From the IMG/VR virus record IMGVR_UViG_3300047325_000181, positions 4,855 through 68,854 of that record: a stretch of 64,000 nt of DNA; one strand, 5' to 3'. Position 1 is the stretch's first letter; the number at the start of each line of letters is the position of its first letter. The notes under the pieces were generated by a model. The model was not told the origin of the DNA and ran no database searches. It was given only the letters and a program-made list of their open reading frames with translations. Source of the DNA: a virus. This document shows positions 8,481 through 18,709 of the stretch, in pieces. The position numbers and the translations under genes are program-made.

Positions 8481-8891
8481 TCAGAACGGTATTTCGTCGT
8501 CGAACCCGGTGTCGCCCTCGAACTCGCTCGTCTGCGTGATACCGGCGCCGCGCTGCTCTCCGTACGCGCCGCCGCTATTCTCGGCCTTCTCGACGAAGCT
8601 GAAGTCGTTGATGACCAGTTCCGTCGCCTTGCGCTTCTCGCCGTTCTTGTTTTCGTACGCACGGATGACGAGACGGCCGGTGACGGCGATTTTCTTGCCT
8701 TTTTTGAAATACTGGTTGATGACCTCGCCCTTTTTCTCCCAGGCGATGCAGTCGAGGAAGAGCGTATCGTCGCCCTTCGAGGTCTTGTGGTTGACCGCGA
8801 TGGCGAACTTCACGACGGCCTTCGCGCCCCCCATCACGTATGTTATCTCAGGGTCGCGGGTGAGGTTGCCGACGAAACTACAGACGTTCAA
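8481..8891 (-). CDS. ssb: Single-stranded DNA-binding protein
   Basis: VGNLTRDPE..KFAIAVN..CIAW..VTGRL..acidic tail DDEIPF; TTG start. Confidence 0.95.
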   Translation of the reverse strand: MNVCSFVGNLTRDPEITYVMGGAKAVVKFAIAVNHKTSKGDDTLFLDCIAWEKKGEVINQYFKKGKKIAVTGRLVIRAYENKNGEKRKATELVINDFSFVEKAENSGGAYGEQRGAGITQTSEFEGDTGFDDEIPF

Positions 8892-9009
8892 TTTGTGCTT
8901 GCCTTTCAGGCGGTAGGTAGAAAGACGGAGGACCCGCCCTTTCAGGCGAGGCCCTCCATTGTGACTGGCTTGCGCCGCATCCAACCTCATTGTACCGCGG
9001 TGCGCGGGG

Positions 9010-9372
9010 CTAAGGCAAGCCCTTCCCGCCCGCGTCCTTGTAGCCCTGACGCGCGCGGTAGGCCGGGCCGAGAATCGAGCCGCCGACGATGCTCCACCAG
9101 TTCAGTTGACAGAAGTTCAGGAAGCCGCCGAAGCTCTGGTCCGCGACGTGCGGCGGCGAGGTCGTCCAGAACCCGTAGGCCATGATGAAGACCGACTGCG
9201 CCGTGAGGCTCAGGGACTCGACGGCCTTCCAGACCGCGTTGCATACCGACGGCGGTAGGCGCTGCCAGTAACTGTCGACGAGCGGGGCAAGGCGCGAAAG
9301 CCCGTAGAGCCAGATGCCGAGCGCGGCCGTGACAGCGGAAAAGACAAGTAGACCGTGCTCGAAGTGCGACAT
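9010..9372 (-). CDS. Membrane protein, possible holin
   Basis: Two to three hydrophobic segments, downstream of amidase. Confidence 0.45.
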   Translation of the reverse strand: MSHFEHGLLVFSAVTAALGIWLYGLSRLAPLVDSYWQRLPPSVCNAVWKAVESLSLTAQSVFIMAYGFWTTSPPHVADQSFGGFLNFCQLNWWSIVGGSILGPAYRARQGYKDAGGKGLP

Positions 9373-9382
9373 GGGGCTCCCC

Positions 9383-9574
9383 TCACGCCGTCTTCTTCCG
9401 TCCCTTCGAGGAGCGGTCCTCGGCCAGTATCATGCCCCCGTAGTGAGCGGCCCAGTCCTTGCCGCAGTCCCGGCAGAAGAAGTTTGTGGGGGCTGGTCTC
9501 CCGGCTTCGCGCGCAGCGCGTATCTCGTCGCTCGGCGAGCCGATGAAGAAGCACTCCGTCGTGCGCTCAGCCAC
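9383..9574 (-). CDS. Small CxxC protein
   Basis: FCRDCGKDW; 63 aa. Confidence 0.5.
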   Translation of the reverse strand: MAERTTECFFIGSPSDEIRAAREAGRPAPTNFFCRDCGKDWAAHYGGMILAEDRSSKGRKKTA

Positions 9575-9640
9575 GTCGCAATAAGCGTCGCCACAACGCC
9601 AGCACGGCTGGCGGGATGTTCACGGGTTGTTCCACGGCTT

Positions 9641-9754
9641 CTAGTGTAGCAGAAAACCCACAAGGTCGCGCATCACGTAGAGCATCCAGCCGTCGAAGAG
9701 GCCAACCGCGACGAGCACCGTGAAGAGCGCGCGCTCGAACTCTACTTCAGCCAT
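9641..9754 (-). CDS. 37-aa single-TM peptide after endolysin
   Basis: Manual translation MAEVEFERALFTVLVAVGLFDGWMLYVMRDLVGFLLH; overlaps amidase stop. Confidence 0.45.
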   Translation of the reverse strand: MAEVEFERALFTVLVAVGLFDGWMLYVMRDLVGFLLH

Positions 9755-10293
9755 GCCGGTTTCGCGAGGCTCGTCAACGTCCGCAAATGGTCCATCCACT
9801 CATAGAGCAAGTCGCCCGGGCACGAGGTCCCGTACAGTTGAGCCGCAGTTATGTGGTCGATACCTTCGGTCACCATGTAGTAGGTCTCGACGTCGCGATG
9901 GCCGATGAGGAAGCGGGCGCCGAGCCCGTGCTCGCGCGCGAGATGGACTTGTTGCGCGACAAGGGCGAGCGCCGAGTCCACGACTTCGTCTTCGGTGACG
10001 CCGTCGTTTGGTTGATAGTTCCCCGCGATGCAGATAGCGTAGCCTTGCGGGTTGAGGCCTTCCTGAGCCGCGGGAACGCAGTTCATCGGGCGGCCTTGCT
10101 GGATTTCCCAGGTGTGCGAAATCGGGTTCAGCCGCACGTACGCATTGTAGCCGATGGTCAAGAAGGGCTCACTCTCGGCGATTTGCGTCGCGTCCCACGT
10201 TTGGGGAGCGACCGAGTGGTGGATAACCACGTAGGACACGGTCGAGGGGTCGCGCTTGTCGAGTTGTGCGAGGACGTCCGGCGGTATCTGCAT
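9742..10293 (-). CDS. Endolysin, N-acetylmuramoyl-L-alanine amidase (Amidase_2/PGRP fold)
   Basis: VVIHHS, IGYN, ICIAGNY, IGHRD, TSCPG zinc-amidase motifs. Confidence 0.9.
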   Translation of the reverse strand: MQIPPDVLAQLDKRDPSTVSYVVIHHSVAPQTWDATQIAESEPFLTIGYNAYVRLNPISHTWEIQQGRPMNCVPAAQEGLNPQGYAICIAGNYQPNDGVTEDEVVDSALALVAQQVHLAREHGLGARFLIGHRDVETYYMVTEGIDHITAAQLYGTSCPGDLLYEWMDHLRTLTSLAKPAWLK

Positions 10294-10306
10294 GGCCCCT
10301 ATTATA

Positions 10307-11419
10307 TCACGTCTGGAAAATGACGATGAAGTTGAACGGGATGTTCGCGACGGGCTGCGGCGGCGCATCGTGGTACTCGCACGAACGAATCGTGACCGAG
10401 TTGCTGCCGAGGCCCGTGACCGTGCGGAAGCCGACCGCGTGAGCGTTCGTAGGGTCGTAGGAAATCGCCTGAATCGCCTGGATGACGTAGCCGCTCGGGA
10501 GCGTCAGCGTGAAGTTCCCGCTTCCGTCCGTCGTGCCTTGGCCGTAACCGATGCGCCCGCCGACGACCGGAGTGCCCGCGGCGTTCGTGACCACCTTCAC
10601 CGAGAGGTCGGTGACCGGGCCGTTGTCGTCGGCCACGGTGACGGAGCCATCGACGCTCGTGATACCCTGGATGGCCGTGACGTTTCCGGTCAGCGCGTTG
10701 ACTGACGTGACGCCGTAATTCGAGAGCAGGATGCCGTACGTTCCGTAGGGCTCGATACCGATAGCGCCGTCGAGGTTGTTGAGCGTCACGGGGCCGGTCT
10801 TGCTGTTGAGGCTCGTCACGCCGCCCGGCGTCACGTAGGAGTTGATGACCGTTTCGAGCGTCGGTAACTCCATCGTGATGTCTTGCGACTGGAGCGGACC
10901 TTGGCCCGCGGTCGGGACGTTCAGCTTCGCGACCTCGACGAAGCCGCTCGGCACCGCGGGCGGCGTGGTCGGGCTCGACCCTTGCACGTACTGCCAGGTG
11001 GCGTTGAACTGAATCTGATAGCAGGTCGTCGGAACGATGGAGCCGTCCGGCTGGCGCACGGAGCGCGTGAACGAGTAGACGAGCACCTCGTTCGGCTGCG
11101 CGCAAATGAGGTCGATGCGGAACGAGCCGCTTGAGTTCGCCGGGACGCTGAAGCTCGCCGGAGTCACCTCGGGGCACCAACGCCCGAGCAGGTAAGCCGA
11201 CTGGTTGCCGAGCGTCGAGCCGCCACAGAAAACGGTTCCGGCGCCGTTCGTCGTGACGGTCAACGGCTGGCCGGTCGAGTTGAAGCTCAGTTCGCCGAGG
11301 AGGTCGCGCGCCTGGAGACCGATGGCATCCATGACGGTCTCTTGCAATTCCAGCATATCGGCGTAGCCGACAAGCTCGCCCATAACCCAGGAATTGAAGT
11401 GGTTGCTCAGGGCGCCCAT
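10307..11419 (-). CDS. Baseplate-attached tail fibre / wedge protein
   Basis: Follows baseplate genes; RIDLI..Q motif; GVTSLN/GVTSVN repeats. Confidence 0.6.
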   Translation of the reverse strand: MGALSNHFNSWVMGELVGYADMLELQETVMDAIGLQARDLLGELSFNSTGQPLTVTTNGAGTVFCGGSTLGNQSAYLLGRWCPEVTPASFSVPANSSGSFRIDLICAQPNEVLVYSFTRSVRQPDGSIVPTTCYQIQFNATWQYVQGSSPTTPPAVPSGFVEVAKLNVPTAGQGPLQSQDITMELPTLETVINSYVTPGGVTSLNSKTGPVTLNNLDGAIGIEPYGTYGILLSNYGVTSVNALTGNVTAIQGITSVDGSVTVADDNGPVTDLSVKVVTNAAGTPVVGGRIGYGQGTTDGSGNFTLTLPSGYVIQAIQAISYDPTNAHAVGFRTVTGLGSNSVTIRSCEYHDAPPQPVANIPFNFIVIFQT

Positions 11420-11429
11420 GCGAAGCTCC

Positions 11430-12104
11430 TCACGTTATGATGGTCACGACGTACTTGTAGACCGGCTGCGTTCCGGCCGCCTTAATGGCGTAGACGACCG
11501 CTTCGAGGCCGGGGTCAATGCCGCCCGTCGCGTAGGTCGTCCCGGCCGTCCAAAGGTACGTGTTGTAGTCAAGGTAGGCATAGTCCAGGAAGAAGATGTC
11601 GTCCTCTGAGACCTGCGACGTCACCTGAACCACGAACTGGAGAATCAGGATGGTCTCGCCCGCGGCGGCGTCGGCCGCGCACGAAGTCGGGTCCGAGAGT
11701 AGGTCGTAGACGTAGGCCACGGGGGCCACGCCACCGTCCACCGAGGCGAGCGAGTTCAGGTACTTCTGGACCGCCGTTTGGATGGCGCCGAGGGTCAGCT
11801 TGCCCGAATCGAGCGCGTCGAGGATGCGGATGCGGTACGCGGAGTCCGGCTCGCCCGGCAGGCGCTGGACGCCGTACAGGACGCCGCTCGCGTCCAGGTA
11901 GATGCCCGTCGCCGTCTGGATGGTCGTTTGGACCTTGAAGGCGTTGACGGCCGACACGTAGTTCGTGATGGCCCCGGCGAGCGCTTCGATGACGGCATGG
12001 AGCGGCCCAAGCCCGGTCGGCGCGTACTCCGTCGGCGTCACGTCGAAGTTGTACGGATTGGCGGGGAAATACTGGGTCAGCGGATTCGCCGGGTCGACGC
12101 TCAC
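11430..12104 (-). CDS. Baseplate wedge subunit (P2 gpI-like)
   Basis: LDASGVLYGVQRLPGEPDSAYRIRI motif after baseplate J. Confidence 0.7.
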   Translation of the reverse strand: MSVDPANPLTQYFPANPYNFDVTPTEYAPTGLGPLHAVIEALAGAITNYVSAVNAFKVQTTIQTATGIYLDASGVLYGVQRLPGEPDSAYRIRILDALDSGKLTLGAIQTAVQKYLNSLASVDGGVAPVAYVYDLLSDPTSCAADAAAGETILILQFVVQVTSQVSEDDIFFLDYAYLDYNTYLWTAGTTYATGGIDPGLEAVVYAIKAAGTQPVYKYVVTIIT

Positions 12105-13324
12105 GGCAGTGCGACGCCCGTTCCGGTCACCGTGACCGAGGCGAGGTTGGCGCAGCGCGGCGTCTGGGTCGCGCTCGGGAAGAGGTCCGCGTTTGCCCCG
12201 TTGATGACGACCGAGCCGACCGCCACGTTCCAGACGCCCTGGACCGTGAAGACCTGGGCGATGAGTTCGGCGATGGTGACCGGGTTGCCGATGGGCAGCG
12301 CGTTGACGTAGTTGTAAATGGCAAGCTCGACCGCGGTCTGAATCGCCGCCGGGGTCGTTTCCGTCGAGGCGTACCCCGTGTCATAGGTGTACCCGAGCGC
12401 AATCGTGACCGGCAAGAGAATCGACCCCACGACGTTCACTTGAACGCCCGCGGCGCGGTAGAGGCCCGAGTTCAGGGCTGCCTGGAGGGCCGCAATCTCG
12501 GCATGGTTCGGGTTCGTCGGATTGCCGATGTCGCCCGTCCCGTCGTCGACGTAAAGCTGGACGCAGCCAAGCTGGAAATCGCCCGCGGGATTCGTGAGGT
12601 CGACGACCGTGGCTGACGCGATGCCGGGGAACGAGAGGGCCGCCTCGATGAGCGCCGCGGCCGTACACTGGGAGGCATTCGGGACCGCGGCGAGCGCGCG
12701 CGTCCGCAGGCTCGTGTCGGATTCCGTGTTCGCGCCGCCGCCGATGGAGAGCGGGTTCGTGACGAACGTGCCGCCCGGCCCGGAGAGGACTTGGTTGATA
12801 GCCCCGGCCGCCACGTTGCCGAGGGTGCCGGTGTTGACCGCCTCGACCGCGACGGAGTTCGACTGGGTCTGGCCGGAGGGGATGGTACCGGTGGTCGTCG
12901 TGGCGTAGACGATGGGCGAGCCGCTCGGGTCCGCCGGTTCTGCGCCGACGAGCGTCCCGATGGGGATGATGGTCGGTGAGCCGCCGGAGACGGCAATCGA
13001 GAACGTCACCTGGCCGGTCGCGGCCACCGCTGCCTTGCGGTAGACGCCGACGTCAGCCGCTTTGTTATCTAAATCGGAGCCGGTAGCCGATAAAATGTAT
13101 GCCGCGGCCTGGACGGACGTGAGAAGCTGGTAGGCGCCCTGGACGGTCACGCCCGGGTACGAGGAGGCATCGGAGCCGAGATTGAGCGCCTCGGCTTCGA
13201 GGAGGGTCTCGGTCACGCCGCCCGCGTTGAAGTTGGTCAAGAGCGACTGGAGCGACTCGACCGTGCTCTGAAGCGAGGCCAGGACGTCGGCCGTCGTCGG
13301 GTAGGTGGGCAGTACAATCGACAC
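12101..13324 (-). CDS. Baseplate J-like protein
   Basis: ATGSDLD..R..A..ATGQVTF; GGANTESDTSLRTR. Confidence 0.9.
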   Translation of the reverse strand: MSIVLPTYPTTADVLASLQSTVESLQSLLTNFNAGGVTETLLEAEALNLGSDASSYPGVTVQGAYQLLTSVQAAAYILSATGSDLDNKAADVGVYRKAAVAATGQVTFSIAVSGGSPTIIPIGTLVGAEPADPSGSPIVYATTTTGTIPSGQTQSNSVAVEAVNTGTLGNVAAGAINQVLSGPGGTFVTNPLSIGGGANTESDTSLRTRALAAVPNASQCTAAALIEAALSFPGIASATVVDLTNPAGDFQLGCVQLYVDDGTGDIGNPTNPNHAEIAALQAALNSGLYRAAGVQVNVVGSILLPVTIALGYTYDTGYASTETTPAAIQTAVELAIYNYVNALPIGNPVTIAELIAQVFTVQGVWNVAVGSVVINGANADLFPSATQTPRCANLASVTVTGTGVALP

Positions 13325-13336
13325 GAGCGGCTCCTG

Positions 13337-14191
13337 CTACTGGAAGTACGGCACGACGAGATTCGCCTTGAGGGCGTCTTCCGAACCGATGGCCATAACG
13401 GTGTAGCTGATAATCCACGAATCGTACGTGGCTTGGGTGACTTCGACGCTCAAGACCTGAGCCACTCGCGGCTCGGCGAGCAGCATGTCAATGACGTCCG
13501 TGCGCAAGAGTTCGGCCTGGGCCTGCGAGTTCGCCACGCCCGAGCCGATGATTTTGCCCTTCTCGAAGCCGTAGCTCGGATGGACGGGAAGCTCGCCGAA
13601 GGAGGTGCGGATGCGGATGGAGAGGTCCTGGGCCAAGAGATTGAGCCCGTTGATGCACAGGAGGTCGCCGTTCGGCCCGACGCGCCCTTCGAGGATGGTC
13701 GGGTCGAGGAAGACGTCCGAGCCGAGAATCGGGTACGGCCCGAGCGCCGCCGAGCCCGGCGTAAAGGGCCCTGGCTGAATCTGGTTCGGGTTGTCCATCG
13801 TGATGGTCGCGACGTTGGAGGGCCCTGAGACGTAGCCCATCGTGTCGACCGCGACGGCCACGTACCACTTCTGGACGCCGAAGGTCGGGTTGCGGTCCTG
13901 GAGGTCGTTGACGAGCACGACGGTCGAGAGCGGCTCCGCGTCCGTCTGGAGGTCAAAGGGGCCGGTCGGCGTCTCGCCGCGGTAGAGGAGGAGCGAGGCG
14001 ACCGGGAAGCTGCCCGTCACCGGGTTCTGCTCGACTCCGCACACCACGGCCGTGTCGGTCTGCGAGATGCTGAGAATGATGGGAGGGTTCGGGGGCATCG
14101 TGTCCGAGACGGTCGGGCAGACGAGCGTAACCGGCACCGTCACGGACGGCGCGGTAACAATCGTCAGGTCGGTCGTCTGAGTCAGCGGCAC
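13337..14191 (-). CDS. Baseplate gp25/W-like protein with N-terminal fibronectin-III-like domain
   Basis: C-terminal NLLAQDLSIRIRT..GELPVHPSYG..EPRVAQV; N-terminal WYVAVAVDTMGYVSGPSN. Confidence 0.75.
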   Translation of the reverse strand: MPLTQTTDLTIVTAPSVTVPVTLVCPTVSDTMPPNPPIILSISQTDTAVVCGVEQNPVTGSFPVASLLLYRGETPTGPFDLQTDAEPLSTVVLVNDLQDRNPTFGVQKWYVAVAVDTMGYVSGPSNVATITMDNPNQIQPGPFTPGSAALGPYPILGSDVFLDPTILEGRVGPNGDLLCINGLNLLAQDLSIRIRTSFGELPVHPSYGFEKGKIIGSGVANSQAQAELLRTDVIDMLLAEPRVAQVLSVEVTQATYDSWIISYTVMAIGSEDALKANLVVPYFQ

Positions 14192-15036
14192 TATTCGGAC
14201 TCCACGAAGCCCACGTAGTAAGTCCCGAGCTTGGCGTCGGGGATGAGGGTAGCTTGCCCACTAGAGGTTACGCCGGGCGGGTCCATTGTCCCGGCCGACG
14301 TCGTGAACGTGCCGGTCGGAATCGTGACCGAGCCATCCTCGTGCATGTAGATGATTTTGTAGACCTGGGTCTCATTGTAGGGCAGCGTCGCGTCCGGCGG
14401 GATGAGGATGAGGCCCTTGAACGAGATGGACAAGTGGGCATTCCGCGAGACGATGCCCTTCGACTTGATGGTGAGCTTCGCGCCGAGATTGGCGTGGGGG
14501 TGGAAGATGGTCAGCGAGGCTGTGAGACTCGGGCGCCCCTTCGCCGTGATGGTCAGCTTGGCCGGGATGTCTTGTTGAGCGAGCAGCGCGAGAATCGAGA
14601 GCGAGGCGTTGAGGCTCGGGTGCCCCTTTGCGCGGATGACGAGGTTCGCGTTCCGTTGGAGCGTAACGCGGTCGACAATCGTGAGCGAGGGGTTGAGGCG
14701 CTTCGTCGCGATGCCGTTGACGAGCGAGAGGCTCGCGTTGAGCGCGTCCGTGGCTTTTCGCGAAATCGTCAGGTCGGCCGGAAGATGGTTCGTGACCGGC
14801 AGCTTAATCGTGAGGTGCGCGGTCAGTTGGCCGGTCTTATCCGCGACGATGGTCAGGAGGGCGGCGAGTTGCGAGGTTGCCTTCGCCTTAATCGTGAGAC
14901 TCGCGCCAAGTTGAAGCGACGTCGCAGTGCCGCCGCCCGTTTCGGGCGCGACAACAGACAGCGTCGTGACACCGCTCTCAAGGAGCAGTTGCTGGCTTTT
15001 GTTCTCTAGTGCGAGAGGGAGCGTTACCGTCGACAC
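14191..15036 (-). CDS. Virion protein with ~15-aa L-x-A-x-L-T-I repeats and C-terminal Ig-like module
   Basis: About 11 repeats seen in translation; C-terminus homologous to that of 16173-17102. Confidence 0.65.
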   Translation of the reverse strand: MSTVTLPLALENKSQQLLLESGVTTLSVVAPETGGGTATSLQLGASLTIKAKATSQLAALLTIVADKTGQLTAHLTIKLPVTNHLPADLTISRKATDALNASLSLVNGIATKRLNPSLTIVDRVTLQRNANLVIRAKGHPSLNASLSILALLAQQDIPAKLTITAKGRPSLTASLTIFHPHANLGAKLTIKSKGIVSRNAHLSISFKGLILIPPDATLPYNETQVYKIIYMHEDGSVTIPTGTFTTSAGTMDPPGVTSSGQATLIPDAKLGTYYVGFVESE

Positions 15037-15046
15037 GGTCCTGCCC

Positions 15047-16120
15047 CTACGGCAGCGCTCTCCAGGCGTTTGCTATTTGCAGCCACTGCGCTTGCGTCCA
15101 GCACGTTGAAGCAGCGACGGCGATTTTCCCGAAGAGGCCCGACCCGTAATACGAGTTCGGAATATCCCACCCGAAGTAGATGTAGCCGTTGGTCGACTTA
15201 ACGTACCCAGCGCCTGGAGCGTTGATTTGGAAGCAGAACATGCCGTTGACGTAAAACGACATAAGACCGTAGCCGCTGCCGCCGGTCGTCTTGAACGAAA
15301 CTCCATAGAGAGCGCGGGTCGGGAAGCCACTACTACTCATGCCGCCGCCCGTGCTGCCCGCGAACGTCCCTTGAAGGGTCGCCTGGTAAAGATACCAGAG
15401 AAAGCCGTTGTTACTGCTGTCGCGGGTGCTGAAAATTGTATAGAGCGTGTTCGGCTGCGCGTGCGAAATCTCGTAGACGCACATTATCGAAAACGCGGTC
15501 GCGCTCGTCGTCGTGTCGGGAATCTCGATGTACGACGTCGAGCCGGTGCCCGACGAGCTATTCGAGAGGTAGGGGCACGGCTCGTTGTCGTACGTGAGCG
15601 GCTGCGCGGCAAGCACGAGATTGCTCGTATTCTCGTAGGTTCCATTACTGGAGCCGACGGTATCGGTGACCGTTGTGCCGGTCGTCTCGTTGCACGGGTA
15701 GTAGTGCGAAATGCCCGTAAACGACTCCATGAAGGTGTCGAAGTTGTTGCTGCTGCCACCGCCAGCCGCCAAGACCTCAGTGATAGTCGATTGGTAGCTC
15801 TGGCCGCCGCTCACCACGTAGAGCAAGTCGGTCCCCGTCGGAGACGCATGCGACGGCAGCGACGAGAGCGGGGCAGACGCGAACGTCACGTAGGCACCGG
15901 AGGCCATCGTGTTGCCCGCGGACCCGGCCAAAAGCTCTAGCGTCGTCAGTGAGAAACTCGTGCCGGTCGAAATTGAGGCGACCTGCATGACGGCCGCATG
16001 CGTCCCGTCGTAGACGGTTACGACGGAGTTTTGGGGCGTCTGGCTCGTGTCCGTGACGGAGACCGACACGGATGAGCTTACGGCCGGAATCGTAAAGGAC
16101 GCCGTCGTGGTCACTGACAT
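15047..16120 (-). CDS. Tail protein with LamG/concanavalin-like domain
   Basis: HYYPCNETTGTTVTD..GTY..; beta-rich, possible receptor binding. Confidence 0.7.
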   Translation of the reverse strand: MSVTTTASFTIPAVSSSVSVSVTDTSQTPQNSVVTVYDGTHAAVMQVASISTGTSFSLTTLELLAGSAGNTMASGAYVTFASAPLSSLPSHASPTGTDLLYVVSGGQSYQSTITEVLAAGGGSSNNFDTFMESFTGISHYYPCNETTGTTVTDTVGSSNGTYENTSNLVLAAQPLTYDNEPCPYLSNSSSGTGSTSYIEIPDTTTSATAFSIMCVYEISHAQPNTLYTIFSTRDSSNNGFLWYLYQATLQGTFAGSTGGGMSSSGFPTRALYGVSFKTTGGSGYGLMSFYVNGMFCFQINAPGAGYVKSTNGYIYFGWDIPNSYYGSGLFGKIAVAASTCWTQAQWLQIANAWRALP

Positions 16121-16172
16121 GAAATCGCCTCCAGGAGCGCTCTTCGGGGGCTACGGTCCTGAGTCTTCCGCA

Positions 16173-17102
16173 TCAGGGAACCTCGTAGAAGGTGACGGTG
16201 AACGGGCCGATAGTGTCCTCGTAGGGCGTCAGGACAGCTTGCCCGGATGAGGTAACCCCCGGTGGGTCCATCGTTCCGGCCGTGCTGACGAAAACGCCCC
16301 GCGGAATAGAACTGAAGCCGGTTCCGTACTGCTTGCGCACCTTGTAGAGCAAGGTCTGATTGAAGGGCAGCGTCGCGTCCGGCGGGATGAGCACAAGCTG
16401 CGCCGGGTCGATGCGCAAATGCGCGTTGAGCCGGTTGACGTTCGGCGACGGCGGCACGAGCGCGAGGAACGTCAACCCGAAGGACGGGTAGTTGACCTCA
16501 AAATCAAACGGGCCAATGGGGGTGAGGTCCGGCGTCGGCGGCCCGTAGTAGGTCAGGACGTTTTGGAGATTGATGACGACCGGGGTATCGGTTGTCGGCG
16601 TGTAGCCCGCGGGCGCCTCAATTATTTGGGCGTTATTCGGTATCCACGCCATGCCGGAAAACGGCAAGCTCTCGGGGGCAAGCGGCGTGAAGGGGCCAGG
16701 TGTCGGGAACACGTACGTCGGCGAGCCGTACGTCAGAACTTGGTACTGGAACTCGTCGATGTACCCGGCATCCGCAATTTCAAAGAGCGAGATATTGAAC
16801 TGGTCCTGATACTGCTCGTTGTAAATGCTGAAGTAGTAGCCCGCAACATGCGACTCGGTGATGACCGAGGCGAAGCAGGCCGCTTGGATAAAGTAGGGGT
16901 CGAAGCCGACGACCGAATACTGCTCGCCAACCTGCGACCAGCCATCGGGCGCGATGAACGGCTCCGGGCCTGAACCGCCGCCGCCGAACATGAAGGCGAG
17001 CAGCGTGTTGCCGACGGTCGTGTCTTCGTCGAAGAAGCAGCCCGCGAAATCGACGGCCTCTTCGGCTCCGTTCGCAAACTGAACGATGGATGGGGTTGCC
17101 AC
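16173..17102 (-). CDS. Tail-associated protein with Ig-like C-terminus
   Basis: Shares SAGTMDPPGVTSSGQA module with 14191-15036. Confidence 0.6.
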   Translation of the reverse strand: MATPSIVQFANGAEEAVDFAGCFFDEDTTVGNTLLAFMFGGGGSGPEPFIAPDGWSQVGEQYSVVGFDPYFIQAACFASVITESHVAGYYFSIYNEQYQDQFNISLFEIADAGYIDEFQYQVLTYGSPTYVFPTPGPFTPLAPESLPFSGMAWIPNNAQIIEAPAGYTPTTDTPVVINLQNVLTYYGPPTPDLTPIGPFDFEVNYPSFGLTFLALVPPSPNVNRLNAHLRIDPAQLVLIPPDATLPFNQTLLYKVRKQYGTGFSSIPRGVFVSTAGTMDPPGVTSSGQAVLTPYEDTIGPFTVTFYEVP

Positions 17103-17103
17103 G

Positions 17104-17625
17104 CTAGAACTCCGCGGTCGTGAAGCTCACCACGACCGTTCCCGTCTCACCGTTCGGCGAGAAGACGCCGCTCGCCGGGTCGATGGTCCCGACGTCGCCC
17201 GAGATGCTCCAGGTCCCCTGTGGGTTCTCGATGATGGTGCCGTTCGAGCCGGTCAGAATCGCGTGAAACGTGATGGGCACGTAGCCGTTCGAGGTCGAGT
17301 TCGCAGGCACGATGGCGAGCGTGTAGCCCACCTTCTGCGCGTACTCGACCGCGAGTTGCGAGACGCGCGCGCGCAGCGACTGGTTCGACTGCGCGTATTC
17401 AACCGCAAGCTGAGAGACCTTCGCCTTGACGGCGGTCCCGGCGGTCTGCGCGTACTCGACCGCAAGCTGCGAGACACGCGCATCGGCCGTGACGAGAATC
17501 GAAAGCGATGCACCGAGTTGCGCGGTAGTCTTCGACTTAATCGCAAGGGACGCGCCAAGGTCATCCGTCCCGAGCGCGGAGATGGTGAGCGTCGCGGTCG
17601 TGGTAATCGAGGTCGACGTTGGCAT
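17104..17625 (-). CDS. Tail-associated protein with VSQLAVEYAQ repeats and Ig-like C-terminus
   Basis: Three (R/K)VSQLAVEYAQ copies. Confidence 0.6.
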   Translation of the reverse strand: MPTSTSITTTATLTISALGTDDLGASLAIKSKTTAQLGASLSILVTADARVSQLAVEYAQTAGTAVKAKVSQLAVEYAQSNQSLRARVSQLAVEYAQKVGYTLAIVPANSTSNGYVPITFHAILTGSNGTIIENPQGTWSISGDVGTIDPASGVFSPNGETGTVVVSFTTAEF

Positions 17626-17634
17626 CCGGCGACC

Positions 17635-18657
17635 CTAGACGGTGACCTTGATTGCGCCCTGTATGGCGGAGAGGTCGGTCGCGACCCACGGCTCGCCCGT
17701 GAGTGGATTCGTGTCGAAGTTCTGAACCGCGTACGAGTAGCTCGACCCGAGCGCGACGTTGCTGCCGAACGATTCGCTCGTCCCGTTGCCGACGCCGAGT
17801 GCGACGGAACGCGAGCCGCTCGCATCCCTGCGGGCATAGGCCGAGACCTGCACGGCCACGACCTGGTTCACGGTGTTGGGAATGGCACCGAGGACGTAGC
17901 AGTCTTCGAGGCCAGTCGTGTTCGCCGAGTTGTAGCTCGTGTCGCCGTCCGGCGGAACGTCGTCGACCTCGGACCAGTTCGTGCCCGAGAGCGGCGTCCA
18001 GGCGTGAACGCGGCCGTTCGCGGTCGGGATGAGATAGCCGACGTGAAGGTCGCCCTCGAACCCGTTGTTGTACGAGCCGGTCGGGTCGTTGATGTAGACG
18101 TCGCCCGCGTACCAGAGGTTTGAAGCGGCCGATGCGAACCCGGCTTGCTGAGCGTAGTCGTGCGCCGTGTTCGTCGTGAGAACGCCCGAAGCGCTCGCAA
18201 CGCTCGCCGAGTTCAGTTGGATGGCAACGGAGCCGGTCGAACTGAACGAGACCTGGAGTTCGAGGTAGAAGGCCGTCATAGCCGAGACGAGCCCGGCTGA
18301 CGAAGCGGCCAGAACCGTGAAGCCGCTCGCGAAGTCGGTGCCGACCGTGTTCGTGACGATGAGCGACCCGTCCGAGCGCACGGCCACGCCGCACTGGAAG
18401 GTCCCGTTGTCCCAGAAGCCCATCAGGAGCGACGTCGGAACCGTCGAGCCGGGAATGATGAAGCGGGCGCCCATCGTGAGCGTCCCGGCGTTCTCGGAGA
18501 GGTTCTTGTAGCCGATGCCCGCGGCGCTGAAGGTAAGGCCCTGGGGCGCGACGCCGTCCGGGTTGTGGTTCGTAATCGTCAGGTTGCCCGGGCTATCCCA
18601 CTTCGCGGCAATCTGCGAGGCATTGTAAAGCTGAGCCGAGTCGAGGAAAAGGTTCAC
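17635..18657 (-). CDS. Beta-rich virion protein
   Basis: In tail operon; Ser/Thr/Gly-rich beta-sandwich composition. Confidence 0.6.
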   Translation of the reverse strand: MNLFLDSAQLYNASQIAAKWDSPGNLTITNHNPDGVAPQGLTFSAAGIGYKNLSENAGTLTMGARFIIPGSTVPTSLLMGFWDNGTFQCGVAVRSDGSLIVTNTVGTDFASGFTVLAASSAGLVSAMTAFYLELQVSFSSTGSVAIQLNSASVASASGVLTTNTAHDYAQQAGFASAASNLWYAGDVYINDPTGSYNNGFEGDLHVGYLIPTANGRVHAWTPLSGTNWSEVDDVPPDGDTSYNSANTTGLEDCYVLGAIPNTVNQVVAVQVSAYARRDASGSRSVALGVGNGTSESFGSNVALGSSYSYAVQNFDTNPLTGEPWVATDLSAIQGAIKVTV

Positions 18658-18709
18658 TGCGGGCCTCCAGCGCGGTCCTTGTCTCTTACGCCGTCGAGGC
18701 CCCGCGCGC

